A DNA stretch of 58,621 bases, filler included, from Sluysia triapertura (taxonomy: Eukaryota): assembly GCA_046118255.1 (NCBI GenBank). It is 4 parts of 4 records of this genome, joined end to end, with 100 filler letters (N's around TTAATTAATTAA, not from the genome) between each part and the next. Parts side by side here need not be neighbours in the genome. Positions count along the whole stretch, not along the records: positions 1 to 14,063 come from JBJNIA010006994.1; 3 more parts are not named here. One strand, given 5' to 3'. Below the pieces are notes generated by a model. The model ran no database searches. It was not told where the DNA came from and saw nothing but the letters and a program-made list of their open reading frames with translations. This document shows positions 1 through 14,163 of this stretch, in pieces (position 1 is the first letter of the stretch; every line of letters starts with the position of its first letter). A program made the position numbers and the translations under genes.

Positions 1-1491
1 TAAATTTACTACAGCATATATAATTATATTATAGAAAATACCAAATAAATAAAGGGGATGAAAATAGAACCGGAACAGTATTATAGAACGTAATAATTAT
101 TGCGAGAGTTTCATTTTCTTTTCTTACTTACTCAAAATAAATATACAATTTAATTATTAGTTCGCCTATAATAAATGATTGATTGAGGAAGGCAGCCTTA
201 CAGGATTTTTCTGTAAAAAAATTATTAGCAAAATTTTTGTCAGTTATCTGAGGAAATTTAATTTGTTTGGTATGAAAGTGAAGAATATATACGTGAATTT
301 AAAATGTTATAGAATGATCTGTTTTCCATTGGAAAATTGGGTGTGAGAACTGAAAACTAAATTCATTATTTTTATGGATGGTGTCGATGCTAATGATTGT
401 TATTTTAATGTTATTATTTTATTTTAATAGATAAAAGTAGATCGAGTAGAGTAGAAAAAATAATGCTTCATCATTAATCAATTTTTTATGTTTTGTACTA
501 TGTAATAAAAGTGTTACAAAGTTTTAAAAGTTTTACTTCTTTAGATGTGATTAATAATTTTTAAGTGAATAAGAGTTATTAATCTTTAGTAAATAATAAG
601 TTTAAAGATAATAAGGATAATTAAAAGAGAGAAGTTTTTCTATTATAACTTAATTAAAAAGTAATAAAACCACTCTATGTTTTTTATTATACTTTCATAA
701 GAAGGTTGCATCATAGATATGAGGTATGTGTCGAAAGATCAATAAGTGTCACGAGACGTCTCTTCATGTTACTCCAAATACATGGATATACAGAATCTAT
801 GAGTGATCAGGGATCCCGGTTATTTATGTATTTCTTGTTGCTTGAACTAACATCTATAAAATTTTATACGCCAATATTCGAAATGGGAACTATTAATGTA
901 ACTGAATAGGGCGATTACTTTCGTGAAGTGTGTGTTGTAAACTTCTTAGCAAATCATGGCATAGCAGCACAAATAGGAACATACTTAGAAAATGAAAAGT
1001 CTATTCTTCACGTTAATGGATATTCTTCCGCCAAAATGGGTATTTGATGGTTTACATATTTTCTGCCGAATGGATCTGTAGCGACATTAACTTCAAATAT
1101 TAACTATAATTATTACCTATTAGTGGCAAACTCCGCAACCGCGATTATTTGACAAAATATATTATTACCGAACAGTAAGTTAATAGATTTTACATAATTT
1201 TCAAATTATTTAGTGGATAATACAGATATTAATAAAATTTATTCAGAAATTGAAGCAATATGCTATACTTCTCTTTTAAATTTAATTTGTTGCCTATTTT
1301 GTGAATCGAATTTAGTTGGTATATTGTTTTGGAAATCGATCTTAATTGATTAATTTTTTAAATGATTAAATAGGGACTGAAAAAATTTTAAAATTTATAA
1401 GAATTAAGCATATCCATTTCTAACAACAGAGACAAGTTAAGGAAATTTGCAAGATCATGTATAAAAATAACTTAATATTTGCGTTTATTAC

Positions 1492-1567
1492 TTAAACCCT
1501 TAATGCACATTTTTAAAAAAAACCGACCACGCCCGAGTTAATACGTTTCTGCGCGTTAAGGGGTTAA
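1492..1567. mobile_element. piggyBac-like MITE (68 bp plus TTAA target-site duplications)
   Basis: TTAA|ACCCTTAATGC ... GCGTTAAGGGG|TTAA gives imperfect terminal inverted repeats bounded by TTAA. A related end (TTAACCCCTTAATTCGCACACTCGAATTAACTCGAGCG) occurs at about 33075-33112. Confidence 0.65.
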
Positions 1568-2697
1568 ATTAAAAGTTGACTTATTTTATTTTTAATGTTA
1601 AATATTATATTTATTTGGTAAAGCATTGGAAACTTCCAAAGTTAACCATAAAAATTAATCACCGATTGGTAACTTAATTTATTAATATCAAAATTATTTA
1701 AAAATAAAATGTAAAAGTTTATTCAAACTCGAACAATTTTAAAATCTCAGTTAAAATTAATACCTTATATCGTGAGTTTTCTGTTGTTGAAATGGAAATG
1801 CGAAGTTCTTTACAAAATCTTTTAGTTTCAACTTAAACATACTCAAGTAATATATTTGAATCACTAAGTTATGCTTATTAAAAGCTACAACAGAAAGTCA
1901 AAACAAAACCAGCTAATAATAAGAAATAAAACAAATACTATTTGAATTAAATATATGTTCTTTGATTTAAATATCAGGATTTTTGTTAATTTTATTTAAA
2001 TAGTTTAATAACAATTCTTACTAACGATATATTCAACAATGTAATAAAATTTTTTGATAAAACTTTATCTTTAATAATGTGAAGAAAATCTAATATCAAT
2101 AAAGGTTTCTACAATTTAAAGACCAGATCAATAATACGAAGAAGAATTAAAAATATGAATAAACTATAAGTTTTGATACTTTTTTTTGTCCAATTTTATA
2201 ATTTTACTTATACAAATTTCCTAATATAATTTTCTACTACAATCTGAAATTGTTTTTAATGAACTTTTCTAATATAATAAATTTTTCAGTGAAAATACAA
2301 TTTTACACAGTAGTTTTCACTGGTAGAGCCAATAATTTTTTAATTTCATTCTATAAAAATTTTCCTACAGTTAATTCCACTATATAACCACTTTTATTCC
2401 ACAGATATTATAAGTATTTTTTTATTACTTGGCCAATTTATTTTATATAATAATTAATTTTGTTCTAAAATATAATTCTGACCAGATAATTAAAGCACCT
2501 TCGATGTTCCAGTTCATTTCTTATTTTCTGATATTTCTCATATGATTTTCCTTCATATTTTCTAAATTTTACTTTTGAATCTAATAATAATAATATTAGA
2601 CTTTGGATTTTTAACTGAAATTTTAGTTATATTATTTATCATTATCAATTATTTTTAAATTCAAGTTTTTTATTTTAATTTAATTCTATATCTAAGT

Positions 2698-3194
2698 TAC
2701 AATTAACGATTGAAACACAGTTTTTGAGACTTCTAATTCGCGATTTTAAAGATATATTAAACAATTCAACATTATTCACACGAGCTATGGGATCACTGAT
2801 GATTAAAGTTTGTTTTGTATCAGAGAATTATAATAATAATGTAGCTTCAATGTTGTGGGGTCAGAGGATTGAATGATTTCCGAAATTTTAAAGAATGGAA
2901 ATCCGTTATTGATAACAAAGAAACAAAAGTTCCTGTTGTTTGTTGTCAATTCAAGAATGATTTCAGGTTGTCAGTTACAAAACCAAGTAAAATGATAATA
3001 AATCTTATAATTATAATAATAACATTTTAGTGAATAAATCTGCTATTTTGGATAATATTGTGAATAGAAATTGCTATAGAGATGAATCGAACGAAAACAT
3101 TAATCGCGATGGTTGTGCTCAAAAGATTTGGATTTTGATGGCAGAAAAAATGAAAATAATTATCGGTGTAATAATTGGTGTTATTATACTCGAG
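2698..3194 (+). CDS. Tetraspanin, 3' exons (EC2 loop + TM4); upstream exons not resolved
   Basis: Splicing out GT-AG introns 2808-2844 and 2987-3030 gives ...RAMGSLMIK|LQCCGVRGLNDF...KVPVVCCQ...|MNKS...RDGCAQKIW...IIIGVIIGVIILE. This has the CCG, PxxCC and xGC motifs followed by a hydrophobic helix. Confidence 0.85.
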
Positions 3195-4254
3195 GTTACT
3201 GCTTTTATTATAATAAAATGATGGGAGATTCTTTTTCCAAAAATGTCTAAATCAGATTTAAATTTATTTTTATTTTAACAAAAGGTTGTTTGATAAATAA
3301 TTATCATTTATTTTCACTTAAGTATATTTATATGGCTATGTAAATCTTAAAGCATAAAATAATAAATAAGATCATTTTAAATGTGATATTAAATAAAAAA
3401 AATTTCCATGTAAGTTTCCGAAATGAAAACAATTTTGGCACAGCCCGCGAACAGAAAAAAATATTCATGGTATTCATACAATTGATCAAATGAAGGAATC
3501 ATAATTTTTGCAAATCTTGCTACATTACTTATATCTTATATCTTAAATCAATTGAGCACAAATCTAGATATTTATTCAGTAATCAAACTCAGTTCTTTAA
3601 GCTAAATAATGTTTATCTCACGTGCATTGGCTACCAGAACACATAAGCGTTTCTTAAATATCTTATACTTACAAAATAGAATTAAAGTTCTGATACGTCT
3701 ATAGTGGACGATTTATACTAGGCAAAGACATGATTAGAAGAATTGAGGGGTCTAATAAGACTTACAAGAAATTGGACACTTTATATTCTACGAAGATATG
3801 TATATATGTGTGCGTAGACCATCTAATACCATCTAATATCAACGAAATAATTTCCTGAAGTTTGTTCTGACTTTAAATAATTTCAATTTATTAATGCTCC
3901 CTTTTAATCTCCTCTTTTTAACTTTGCAGATGCAGCAGTAACAAGTACACAAAAAATTTTCAATAACAATAAAAGTACAACTTTTATCAACAAGGAGTAA
4001 TTCAAATATACACAAAAAAACTTACAATATTGAATAATAATAATAATCTGAAATATTAAGACGAATCTTAATATTGTTATAATATTTTAAACTGGATTTT
4101 AAAGCTATCTTTAAAATAGCTATAATGAATGTAAGTGGATTTTGACTCATGCATCAAATAAAGAGTACACTTAACAAATATAAATTACACATTCTTTCTT
4201 TGTTTCATAAAAATAAAGTGCACTTGCAATGGAATGACTAGTACGGGTTTATAT

Positions 4255-4480
4255 TGTCCAATTACAATTTCTAACTAAAATGCTAGAGATAATTCAAGAA
4301 ATGGCAAATGACTGCATATTTTTCAGCAGCCATTTCGATGCTTTTCTGTAAAATCTTGAAAAATTCATTAATGAAGATAAGTTAAGTAATTGCAGGCTTT
4401 ACAAAGGCGATACCAAAAAACTGGATGATATACATTTCGTTGACATTTTATTACTTTGAATATATAGCCTTAAGATCAGA
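4255..4480 (+). mobile_element. Degenerate DNA-transposase C-terminal remnant (Chapaev/CMC-like)
   Basis: The broken translation CIFFSSHFDAFL*NL...RRYQKNW resembles the KIHFLHSHLDFFPENLG...RYQG motif. It is heavily decayed. Confidence 0.3.
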
Positions 4481-5764
4481 CGAATGTCGTCATTTATGGC
4501 TCTTAATTATCGATTAACTGATTGCAACTGTGCAGTGTTTTAGTCACAAATTATGGTGCACATAAATGCATTTTAATCATATTCTATTCTCATAGCAAAT
4601 CATCATATGTTTTAAGTTCAATATAATTTTTTGCTATATTTCTTACAAATGTAAATATTGATGACGATTATTTTCAATTGGTACTAAAAGAATGAATCTT
4701 TGATTAATAAACCCAAAATTAAATATATTATAAAAGGAAGTTTTAGTCTGAATAGAGATGTATTACTGGATAAAACAATAGTTCTTTTAATGTACTAGTA
4801 CTCCAATATTTAAATATTATCTTACCTTCTTTTAAATTTAATCATGTTTAGTTTAAATGTTCATTTACTCTCTTTAAATTATTATTCAATCTATTCAATT
4901 TAATTTTTATTATGGATACATTTTAAGTAGATTTAAACAACATGTAAGTTTATTCAAAAGAAATTGAATGCAAACATTCTCTGGAATTGATCTCTACATA
5001 TTTACTTGTTCTCAAATCTCTTTTAATTGTAAAAAGCTTGTTAAAGAATAAAACATAAGGTGGAAAAGTCAAAGGTACTTTACAACACAATCACATGATA
5101 AATTTAATACTTTAATAAAGTATCATGTAAAGTTGTTCAAATAGATTTTTATTTTCATAATTTGTTTCCTATTAATAATAATAAATAATTTTAGTGTAAT
5201 TATTCATTTAATAAGATAATATTTGGAAATTTATTTAGGTTATATGTGTCGTCTTTGGCTGTTGCGTTATTAACAAAGTTTATGAAAAATTGAAGTAAAT
5301 TAACTAAATATACTTTCAAAGCTGATTCTATTAATTCATGAAGTACATATTATGTAAAACGTGTTTCGACTTATTTATTTGAGTATTAACTTATTCGAAT
5401 AAGAATAAATTTTATAAACAATTAAATGCGTTGTAAAGAATTTAAACAATAAATAACGAATACAATATTTTAATTAAATTATTAGCAAAAACAAAATTCA
5501 TTTTTGTTTTATCATAATTTATTCATAAATTTTTAATCTATTAAACTTCATCTTGCAGAATCTATATAATACATGTTTCAATCACTTAACCTAATACTTA
5601 AGTTTTTGAATACTAAAATCTCAAAAAATTAATTCATGTAAAAGAAACACATTTTATGCATTTATTCTTTTAACTCAAATGTTCAGAAAGCAATGATGTT
5701 GATTCAATCATGTTGGTTTAAAATTTCGAACTAATACAGATAGAAGTCAAGTTAAAACTAAGTG

Positions 5765-6170
5765 ATAGGTTTAACGGAACTAAAAAAAACTGAAATTTTT
5801 AGCTACAATAAAAACATACACGAATTAAGATAGCTACGCCACATGGTGTGAAATATTGTTCCTCATAAAAAGATCGAAAGCGCTAACCGACATAATAGAT
5901 AATATTACGCAGAAAGAAATGGACAAATATATTTTGAATTATTGGGAGATCATGATTATTTTACAAGAGCAGTATAAAATATCCTAAAGCAAATACGAGG
6001 TTATTTTTGATTTTAGGCCTAGACTTTTCAGGAGTAAGAGAAATTTATACAATTATCAAAGTGATGGCGCCAATAATATCTCAGGTATTTTCAGAAGTGG
6101 GTATTTACAACATTTCCAGATTTACATGGAAATTAGTAATCGGATGTTTCCATTCCTAACAAAATAAAAT
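5765..6170 (+). mobile_element. Fragment of the Gypsy env gene (C-terminal/TM part), third copy of the family at 49.4-58.5 kb
   Basis: Direct DNA similarity: gaaatattgttcctcataaaaagatcgaaagcgctaaccgac vs gaaatactcttccctataaaaagatcgaaagtactaacagat (54000), and ataatatctcaggtattttc / tttacatggaaatta vs 54200-54260 and the reverse complement of 57970-58040. Confidence 0.85.
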
Positions 6171-6583
6171 ACAAATCAATTCAAAAAAAGTGAAAATAAA
6201 TAAAATGAGTATGCTTTAGTAGATACCGGAGAGGTAGCTTCTCTTACTGCTGGCATTTTTCTGTTTTTAATGTAATATTAAAAGCAAGTATAGTCAACTC
6301 AACGGGTACAACTTTAATCAGGGATTTATATCCTAATACATGAATTGAATATTCTTTAAGAAGGGTCTGCGTTTAAGAGCATTTACCCCTTAATGATGAA
6401 AGGTTGGATAAAGTGTTGTGTGTAGTTCAATTTATGATTCGACAACCAAACTTTTGTTTACTAAATTAAAATACACTTAGGATTATTCGTTAATTCTTAT
6501 TTAACTAGAAAATCAATTAAATACAAAACTCTAAACATTATATAATGACACAACAAAAAATGAATATGTATATTAATATGCAA

Positions 6584-8743
6584 TTGAGTGGGTTGAAAAT
6601 AAAACTCTGTCACGGAACTCAGGACAACTTTGCGTTTGCATGTGAAATGAAAGAAAATCACAAAGAAATGGTTTCTGGACACTTGTATATGCCCTATTTT
6701 TAATTTAGAAAATACTCACTTTAATGGTATTGACAACCACAGCAGACATATCAAATAATAAGACAGACCTAACGTAAATCAAAATTGTTTGCAAATATAA
6801 ACAGTCAAGCAATGATACTTTCTCACAGTATATGTCCTTTTCTAACAAATAGTTACCGCAAAAAGTTATCACAGTAATCTTGTTTTGAATCAAAACGAGG
6901 CATTGAATTGCGAGAATTTACTCTTTCACGATTAAAGCTACCTCTGGCCTCAAAACCATAAACAGCTTTTGAGACATCTGTAACCAGTTTTATGCAACGT
7001 TCCACTCCTTGAGTGTGGTTCTTGTAATTCAAAGTGAGTGGCTCATTGCTGAATTTAGCAATATCATCGTCTGTCAGTTTCATCGTGAGTGGTGGCTCCT
7101 GGATATCGTCCCAGTTAATCAAATCAACGTAGTTAGTCGCATCATAGTTAATCGGTGGAACTTTAAGCAGACGTATTGCAGCTGTAGATGCATGGAGTCT
7201 TCGCTGGAGTTTAATATCAACTGCTCTTGAACGAATACTTTTGTCTGAATCAGCCAGCATAGCAGTAAGAGCAAAATATGCACCGCGACTAACGTAAGGC
7301 TTGAAAATAGCAACAGTTTCACTGGAAAGTTCTTTGAGAAGTTGAGATGCATTATAGACATGTTTTGCACCATATGTGCATGAGGGATTGCGCTTTATGG
7401 TGAACTAGTTTGCAGCACAGTTAGTTACAATGAAGTGCGTGATGATGCAAAGGTTAGCAGAAGGACTGTCTGTAGAAACGTACAGGCGGCAAATCCTGTT
7501 GGCAAAAGTAAGCCATCGTGAGTGATTTAGGGGACCAGGCTTTCTAGCTGATAAATTTTCAGAAACAACTCCAGTTCCAATGGCTGTTACAATATCACAT
7601 GACAGATCAGCTAACACATCGTCATCTAACACAGGCATATTGTGTTGACTTGTAATCTTTGTACAATTAGCAATATGTTTCAGTTCGCAGTTATAAAGTT
7701 CATGATCACTGGACCACTGAAACTCGTTGCTTCTGATGTTGGCCCATAAGTGTTGTAAACAGATGTCGCAGTGGTAGTTCATTTGTGTGTAGCAAGCATA
7801 GGAACCAATTCAGAAAACATCCTAAAGCCACCTCTAGATGACGGATTACTCCACATTTACTGCCAACATTTACTGTCAGAGCCTATTGCTAAGATACTAT
7901 CACTTGCATCTTGCTCTCTAATTACAGTTACAATACTGGTCACATGTGTCAGATAGATACTACCTGGTTCTTCAACCAGAACATAATGATCCTCTAGGTA
8001 GTGTCACCATACCACTTGCCATTTCTGTTTACTTTGGCCAAATGTGTCTCGTCTACCATAAAAGTAAATACTTGTGATAGCTTTTGGTGACTGTCGCATA
8101 TCACATTGCAAATACTTTCTTCTTACCTATCACAAAGCTTTGATTCTGCTTGCTTCAGCTCTGTCTGATATACCATATCTGACTGCTTCTTTTGCAAAAT
8201 TTGGAATGGGGATTCGAATCTGAATTTCAGCTACATCATCACTACTATCGGATGTATCATCACTATCATGAATTACCTCGTCATCGCTGTCCTCTACAGC
8301 ACTTTGATCACTTGCACAACTGTTACTAGATTGTTCTTCACTAAGATTTAAGTTACTCTCAGCATCTGAAAATTTTCTTGACAATTTACATCTCCTTTCT
8401 TCTTTAGTTTTCCGTTGTAAACGCTTCTGCAATCTGGTTGTTGCTTGGAAGTCTATATTTGCAATAAATATTTTGCGAGAGTTTCTTTGATCATATAAAA
8501 ACAGTTCAACTGGTGGAACTTTCAAATTACTAGGGCAATGACAATATAAGCTTACTTGTTCAGGTAGAATTGTCATAAGACACATTGCACTTACATGCAA
8601 CTATATCAAACAATGAGTCCAAAGTGGCTAGAAAGGTAGACTGACAGGTTGAACTTGATTTAGAACGAGACAGTTCAGAACCTGTTGAAATCATTGCTTC
8701 CACAAGTTTGATTACAGATCAGTAATGCATCATTGGAATGGAA
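6584..8743 (-). mobile_element. hAT-superfamily (hATm-like) DNA transposon, copy A, frameshifted and 5'-truncated
   Basis: Minus-strand translation shows WFLCLLHTNELPLRHLF (CxxH), FSGP, PGPLNHSRWLTFANR and NHTQGVERCIKLVT...SRNSMPRFDSK. It is collinear and highly similar to 29365-30850. Confidence 0.85.
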
Positions 8744-9562
8744 TTGAATATTTATTCTATATTTTAAATTATAAATATTTATTTAATAGTACATGCTGCA
8801 AGTTCTCATATTTAAAACCGATATATTACTGAAACATTTAAGTAAGAAAATTTGTTTCAAAAAATAAAATCTTAATAAATACAATTTGATTCATTAAACA
8901 ATAACTTAACATGAACATGCATACACTATACTTTACTTTTATTGAAAATGCATAAATTGTTATAAATTCGTTATTTGTTCATTTTAGCAATTTCTTACAT
9001 TTTTTTATTTAATCCTATAAGGCTGTTCTTTTATTGGAATATTATCGCTGTTATAAGAATACATGCTTATTTTAGATTTACCTATAATCACTGAATTACC
9101 TGTAAATCATTGAATTATCATATTTTAATTGGAATTATCATTTTCAGCTTAATTATCAATGTTTTGCTTTTGCATGAAATATTTTTTAGTTTGTTTATAT
9201 TTAGTTTTGAAGATTATTATAATTGTTAAACATTCCATAATTAAATGAAAATTAATAAATTAAAGTTAAGTTAAGATTGCTTAATATATTTAAATTAAAA
9301 ACCAAATTTAAACTAGTTTTATAAATTGAATACTTGTTTTAAATTAATTGTTTTAAGTTTGATTTAAACAATTATTCTTATAACTATAAAAATGAAAATT
9401 TTTATGGAAAATAATAATAATAATAATTAACTGCAAGTTTAATTTATATAAATTTTCATTTAATTATTTTTAAATATTTTATTTTCCATAGAAATATTCA
9501 TTTTTTATAGTTATAAATTTCTCATGGATATACATACTATGTTAAAATAATATTATTATAAC

Positions 9563-9623
<61 letters not shown>
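9563..9623. repeat. (ATT)n microsatellite
   Basis: About 20 perfect ATT units. Confidence 0.95.
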
Positions 9624-9626
<3 letters not shown>

Positions 9627-12600
9627 ATAACGTGATTATTTGTATTAAATCCATGAGGAATTTAATTTAATGATTTTCTAATTAAATTCTGTGAATATAA
9701 TATTCAAAAAAATTTCTTTAGGATACTTCACTATCAAAAAACATTTTTTTTCTAACTTTAACCCTATAATAGTATATCCAACTTCATTTTTTCAAATAAT
9801 ATAAACATGACTTAGAATATAAATAATAATAATTTAATTCATCATCTTCTTAATGTAATGAAGCATGCCGTCAAAGGTATTATGAAAAATAATAAAAAAT
9901 TCCTTAAGTGAAACATAAATTTTTATGAAAAATACCTATTGCTCTTAATTGAAAGGAAATTCAATTAAAAAAATACTGTCATTATAATTACATTAAAACT
10001 TAAAATTTATAAATTTAATAATCTAAAATAATTTATTATAAAAAAGAATTTCGAAGAATAAGCTTGATAAGCCAACTAAGAAATAATTTAAAAAATGCTT
10101 TTAACGTGAAGAAAACAAACTTGTATATGGAAAGTGGTGACATGATATGTAAAGATCGACAAATAAAGATTTTGAAATAGCATCAGGAAAAGACTTATGT
10201 TTATATGTTTATATATCTACTTTTTGTATGATTTATTTTGACTCATTTTCAAATTTAATGCGTCACGTGCAAACAAACCGTTCCAACCATCCGCTATATA
10301 CGTTTCTGTTCATAAGATTTACTTGCAGCTTGTAACAAATTCATTCAATTTTTGACCTGCATTTCCAAAACTGTAAAACATAAAATCCCCAAAAACTGAT
10401 TTTAATATTTTACCTTTATAATTTATGTTTGTCAACATTTTATGAACAAATAAAAATTTATTTTTCCTACTGAATCTTTTCTCAACAAACCTTAATGAAA
10501 TAATTTCAATCTTTCTTTCTGTTCTTGTAAAAGCACATAAACTCTTTTAAAATCATCTTTATTAAAATTTAATGAATATTAATCCAAATTCCGAAAATTC
10601 CGCAAAATTTAGAAGTGATATTAGTCGGCACGAAAGTATTGGAAAAAAGATAATGATCTCATACCACCATCAAATTGACGATTCTCTCGAAATACTAATA
10701 ACTAATAATAACGCTAAATGAAACCAATTGTATAACAGTCAATTTGATTATAATTATTATCGTTTGATAGTATTACAGAATATTATAGAAATGTAAATAT
10801 AACTTTTTTAACAGACTATTATACAAATGACTTAGACGACCTTAAATTAGTTGACATAAAATTATTAGGACAAACAATAAATGTACCATTACTGCAATTT
10901 TTCCTGTAATAATTAGAAAATATCGCTCAAATTTGGAAGATTATAAAAGCGGATAATAAACCAGAATAGACTTCATTTTTGTTATTTTAATAAGTCGTTA
11001 CAATCGTGACACCAATTTAATGAGACATTATTGTACCAATTTAGAAGGCCATAAACGATTTAATTTTAAATTTTCAAATACACAATTTAAATTATTGAAA
11101 TTATCATTAAAAATTATCTGGTTGAGTAAGTGGACAACTATTGTTTGGTAAAATTAATTAAAGCTTTCAATACTCATTTTATAAAAATAAATCAATTTAT
11201 GGTTGTTTACAACACTGATTGAAATTCAAGTATTCATTCAGGTTTTGCTTATCCATACCACTTTTTTAATTTTTTTCTAAAATCGATTCATTCTATTTTG
11301 TTCCAACGTTCGTATTATAATTAAATTGTACGTTTTGTATTTGTAAAACATAAGTCCTGCTTTTTTCAGCCTATAGTTTTCTTGTCTTCCTGCATTTCGT
11401 TTATCAATTTCGCACGAATTACTGTAAGTGTTTTATTTGCAACATAAGGCTAGATGGAAATTGACTATCAGGCTACAGGTGATAACAGCAACGTAAATGT
11501 GGTTGTGACACATGGCAAGTGTATTTCTGTAGATGTTGAGTTTAAAAAGTAAATTTAAACTTAACTTCAAACCTAAGGCTAAATAGAATCACTTATTCGT
11601 AACCCAACATTGTCATCGAAAACTACGTGATACTTATGTATCAAACTTCCAAGGAATTGTCTTTCAGAATGAAAAGCATTGTTGCAAGTATCCTTATCGC
11701 ATTTTAAAATATATTGAAAGCTTGTAAGATTTCAAAGTAACATATAGCGTTGTCTGATCTGCATGTGGATTAAAAAAACTTAGATACAATCATGAACGAA
11801 GCATTAGCATTAAAGTTAATTAATGTTATTTTTTAAATCAGGGATTTTAATAATCATGATGCTCTTTATAATTTATTCACTAGACAATATTTCAAAACCT
11901 TTCTTTTAAACTGCGGAATTCATTTTATACTAACTAATTAGCAAACATTTTAAATATTACTCTTTTATGGATGCATTTTAAATTTAATTTAACATCCCTA
12001 CTGTTATTCCCTCAAATAAAATAGAACTTAGAAACTCTGTTGAATTTAGAAATAAGATAAAAATTTCTAAAATTTAGAAACTTCATTTAGCACTTCAAAA
12101 TGTTCTAAAAAAGTTCTAATTCATTATCCACCTCTTCACTTCCGGTTTCAATCTTCTTGTGACTCTTAGAATGTAATTCGTATTATATACGTCTGGTCAG
12201 ATCCTAGCTTTAACATCGATAAAATAAAATCAAAATAACATAAGCTACTTTGCCTTTATCAACAATTAAATGTTTATTATTGACAAGATCATTCGATAGT
12301 TGTACATATTATCATTAACTACATGAATATAGTTTTTGCGAGTTTATTGAGTTTATGTTAGGAGTTTTTATGATTTGTTGTAAAAGAATAGTTTTAAATT
12401 TGTTTACCTTTAATAGACGAAAAGTGTATTATAAACTTTAATAATTAGTAAAGGAGAGGATTTGATAAACACAAGATAGTCGAATAGGAAACATGATATC
12501 TCAAAAAAGAAAGAACAAGAATGATGTATTTATGCAAGCTTATGAAGTAAAATGTGTCACATTTCGATTGCGTTGTATGCTCTTTCAAACCGTTAACTGA

Positions 12601-13515
12601 ACACAAACAATTTGATACTATTTGCCTAGATTATGGAACACTTGGCTTATACCAATACTTCAAGCACTGCTTAATAAACAAAATCTTGTATTATTGATAT
12701 TTTTATTAATTTGCATTTTATAATTTTTATTATTGCTTAAATTATTATTATAAAATTTTTGTAAATATATCATTACTGCAAAAGTATTTTTAAGCTGATT
12801 GCTATAAATATAGATTGTTTTTGGACTGAAAGGTTTAACATGACTCGATAAACAATTGGAAATGTCTGTGGTATTTTCTACATTACATTGATCTCTGGTT
12901 GTGTTGGAAATTCTAGATACTGCATTAAGACCTTATCTGAATTATCTGTAAGTACTCTAACTGCTGAGTTACAATTAAACTTTATGTAATTATTGATTAA
13001 GTATGATACTAAAGCATTGCCACTTGAAGAGTCAAAAAGTGGTTCTGTTAAATCAGGAAATTTAAATGTAAATTTATAAAATATGGGGCATTCCTTTCTT
13101 TACATATCGTTTTTACTATGTAATTGTAGTTGCCAATAAAGATATCAAAACCATTTAATGAAGTTTGAGCTTTTAAAATCACTTTCAGCAATTATAGTCG
13201 GAAGTTTTACTAGTTCAAAACTTAAATTAGATTTGTACCTTCTAAAGTACTCGTCTCGAAAAAACCTTAAAATAATTACTTTCGAGCAAATTAATTTAAA
13301 ATATTTACGACATTGAATAAGCTAATTAACCTTTACAAGTAAAAAATTTTTGATAGGAAAAATGAAGCACACATAAAGTACACTAAAAATGATAAGATAA
13401 AACAATACCGTTATCACCATAAAACTATTGCAGTTGCCAGTTATTGTCATTTGGAAAATGTTTTTTGAATAAAGAGATTTATGTGTAGGTGAAGGAAGGT
13501 TGCAGAAATAGAGAT

Positions 13516-14063
13516 TTAAGAATTTATGTTATAACATATAGAGCTTAATATGGAGGTAAACTCCTTATACCATTTTATAGAGGTAGTTTTTGGATACCAC
13601 TTTATGGAGGCTAGTGGTAATTTTGTTGTGTGATTTAAATAGTTTGACGTTATTGAGTGCTTTGTCAGTTTTAACTGAATTGAAAAAAAACAAGGATGGC
13701 AAAGTTTAAACTTTTGAGTGTGATGATTACTTACAGAGTGACCAATGTAGAAGTGTTTGCTTATCATGATGTTATGATATAACCATTTAATGAATTTTAA
13801 AATCTTAAAGAATCCTACTTCGTTTAGGTCAATTGTAATTTTAATATCAACGGTCATTTCATCATTCGAAATTTCGACCTTAGTTTCGTCATGGTGTGAA
13901 TTAACTATACAAATATTGTATAGAACTTGAAGAAAGGTTTTATTAAAGTCTCGGTGGTTACTTAACTTAGAAATCTGCTGGTTTATTTTATTTTTAAGAT
14001 TGATGAAATTTCGTTTTAATTTTTCATGTATTTCAAAACTTATAGTCACATTATAACAGCAAA
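13516..14063 (-). repeat. Repeated orphan ORF (177 aa), paralogous to 33479-34057; cut by a gap
   Basis: Shares VEI.NDEMTVDI, EVGF.KILKFI and QKFKLCHPCFFSIQ.KLTK with the + strand ORF at 33479. Confidence 0.8.
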
Positions 14064-14163
14064 NNNNNNNNNNNNNNNNNNNNNNNNNNNNNNNNNNNNN
14101 NNNNNNNTTAATTAATTAANNNNNNNNNNNNNNNNNNNNNNNNNNNNNNNNNNNNNNNNNNNN
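14064..14163. other. Scaffold gap with artificial TTAATTAATTAA spacer
   Basis: N-run with a central TTAATTAATTAA, identical in all three gaps. Confidence 0.95.

Noticed and set aside
706-1320. Coding-like stretch with a possible intron at about 1174-1212
   Set aside because: Several in-frame stops and no recognisable family; cannot support a call.
7009-7230. + strand ORFs conserved here and at 29755-29961
   Set aside because: They are antisense shadows of the duplicated hAT transposase.
12020-12120. GAA/TTC-rich stretch resembling HSEs
   Set aside because: Pentamers are mostly imperfect or out of register, and there is no clear TATA context.
14108-14119. TTAATTAATTAA palindrome recurring three times
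   Set aside because: It always sits in the middle of N-runs, so it is an assembly spacer (stops in all frames), not biology.
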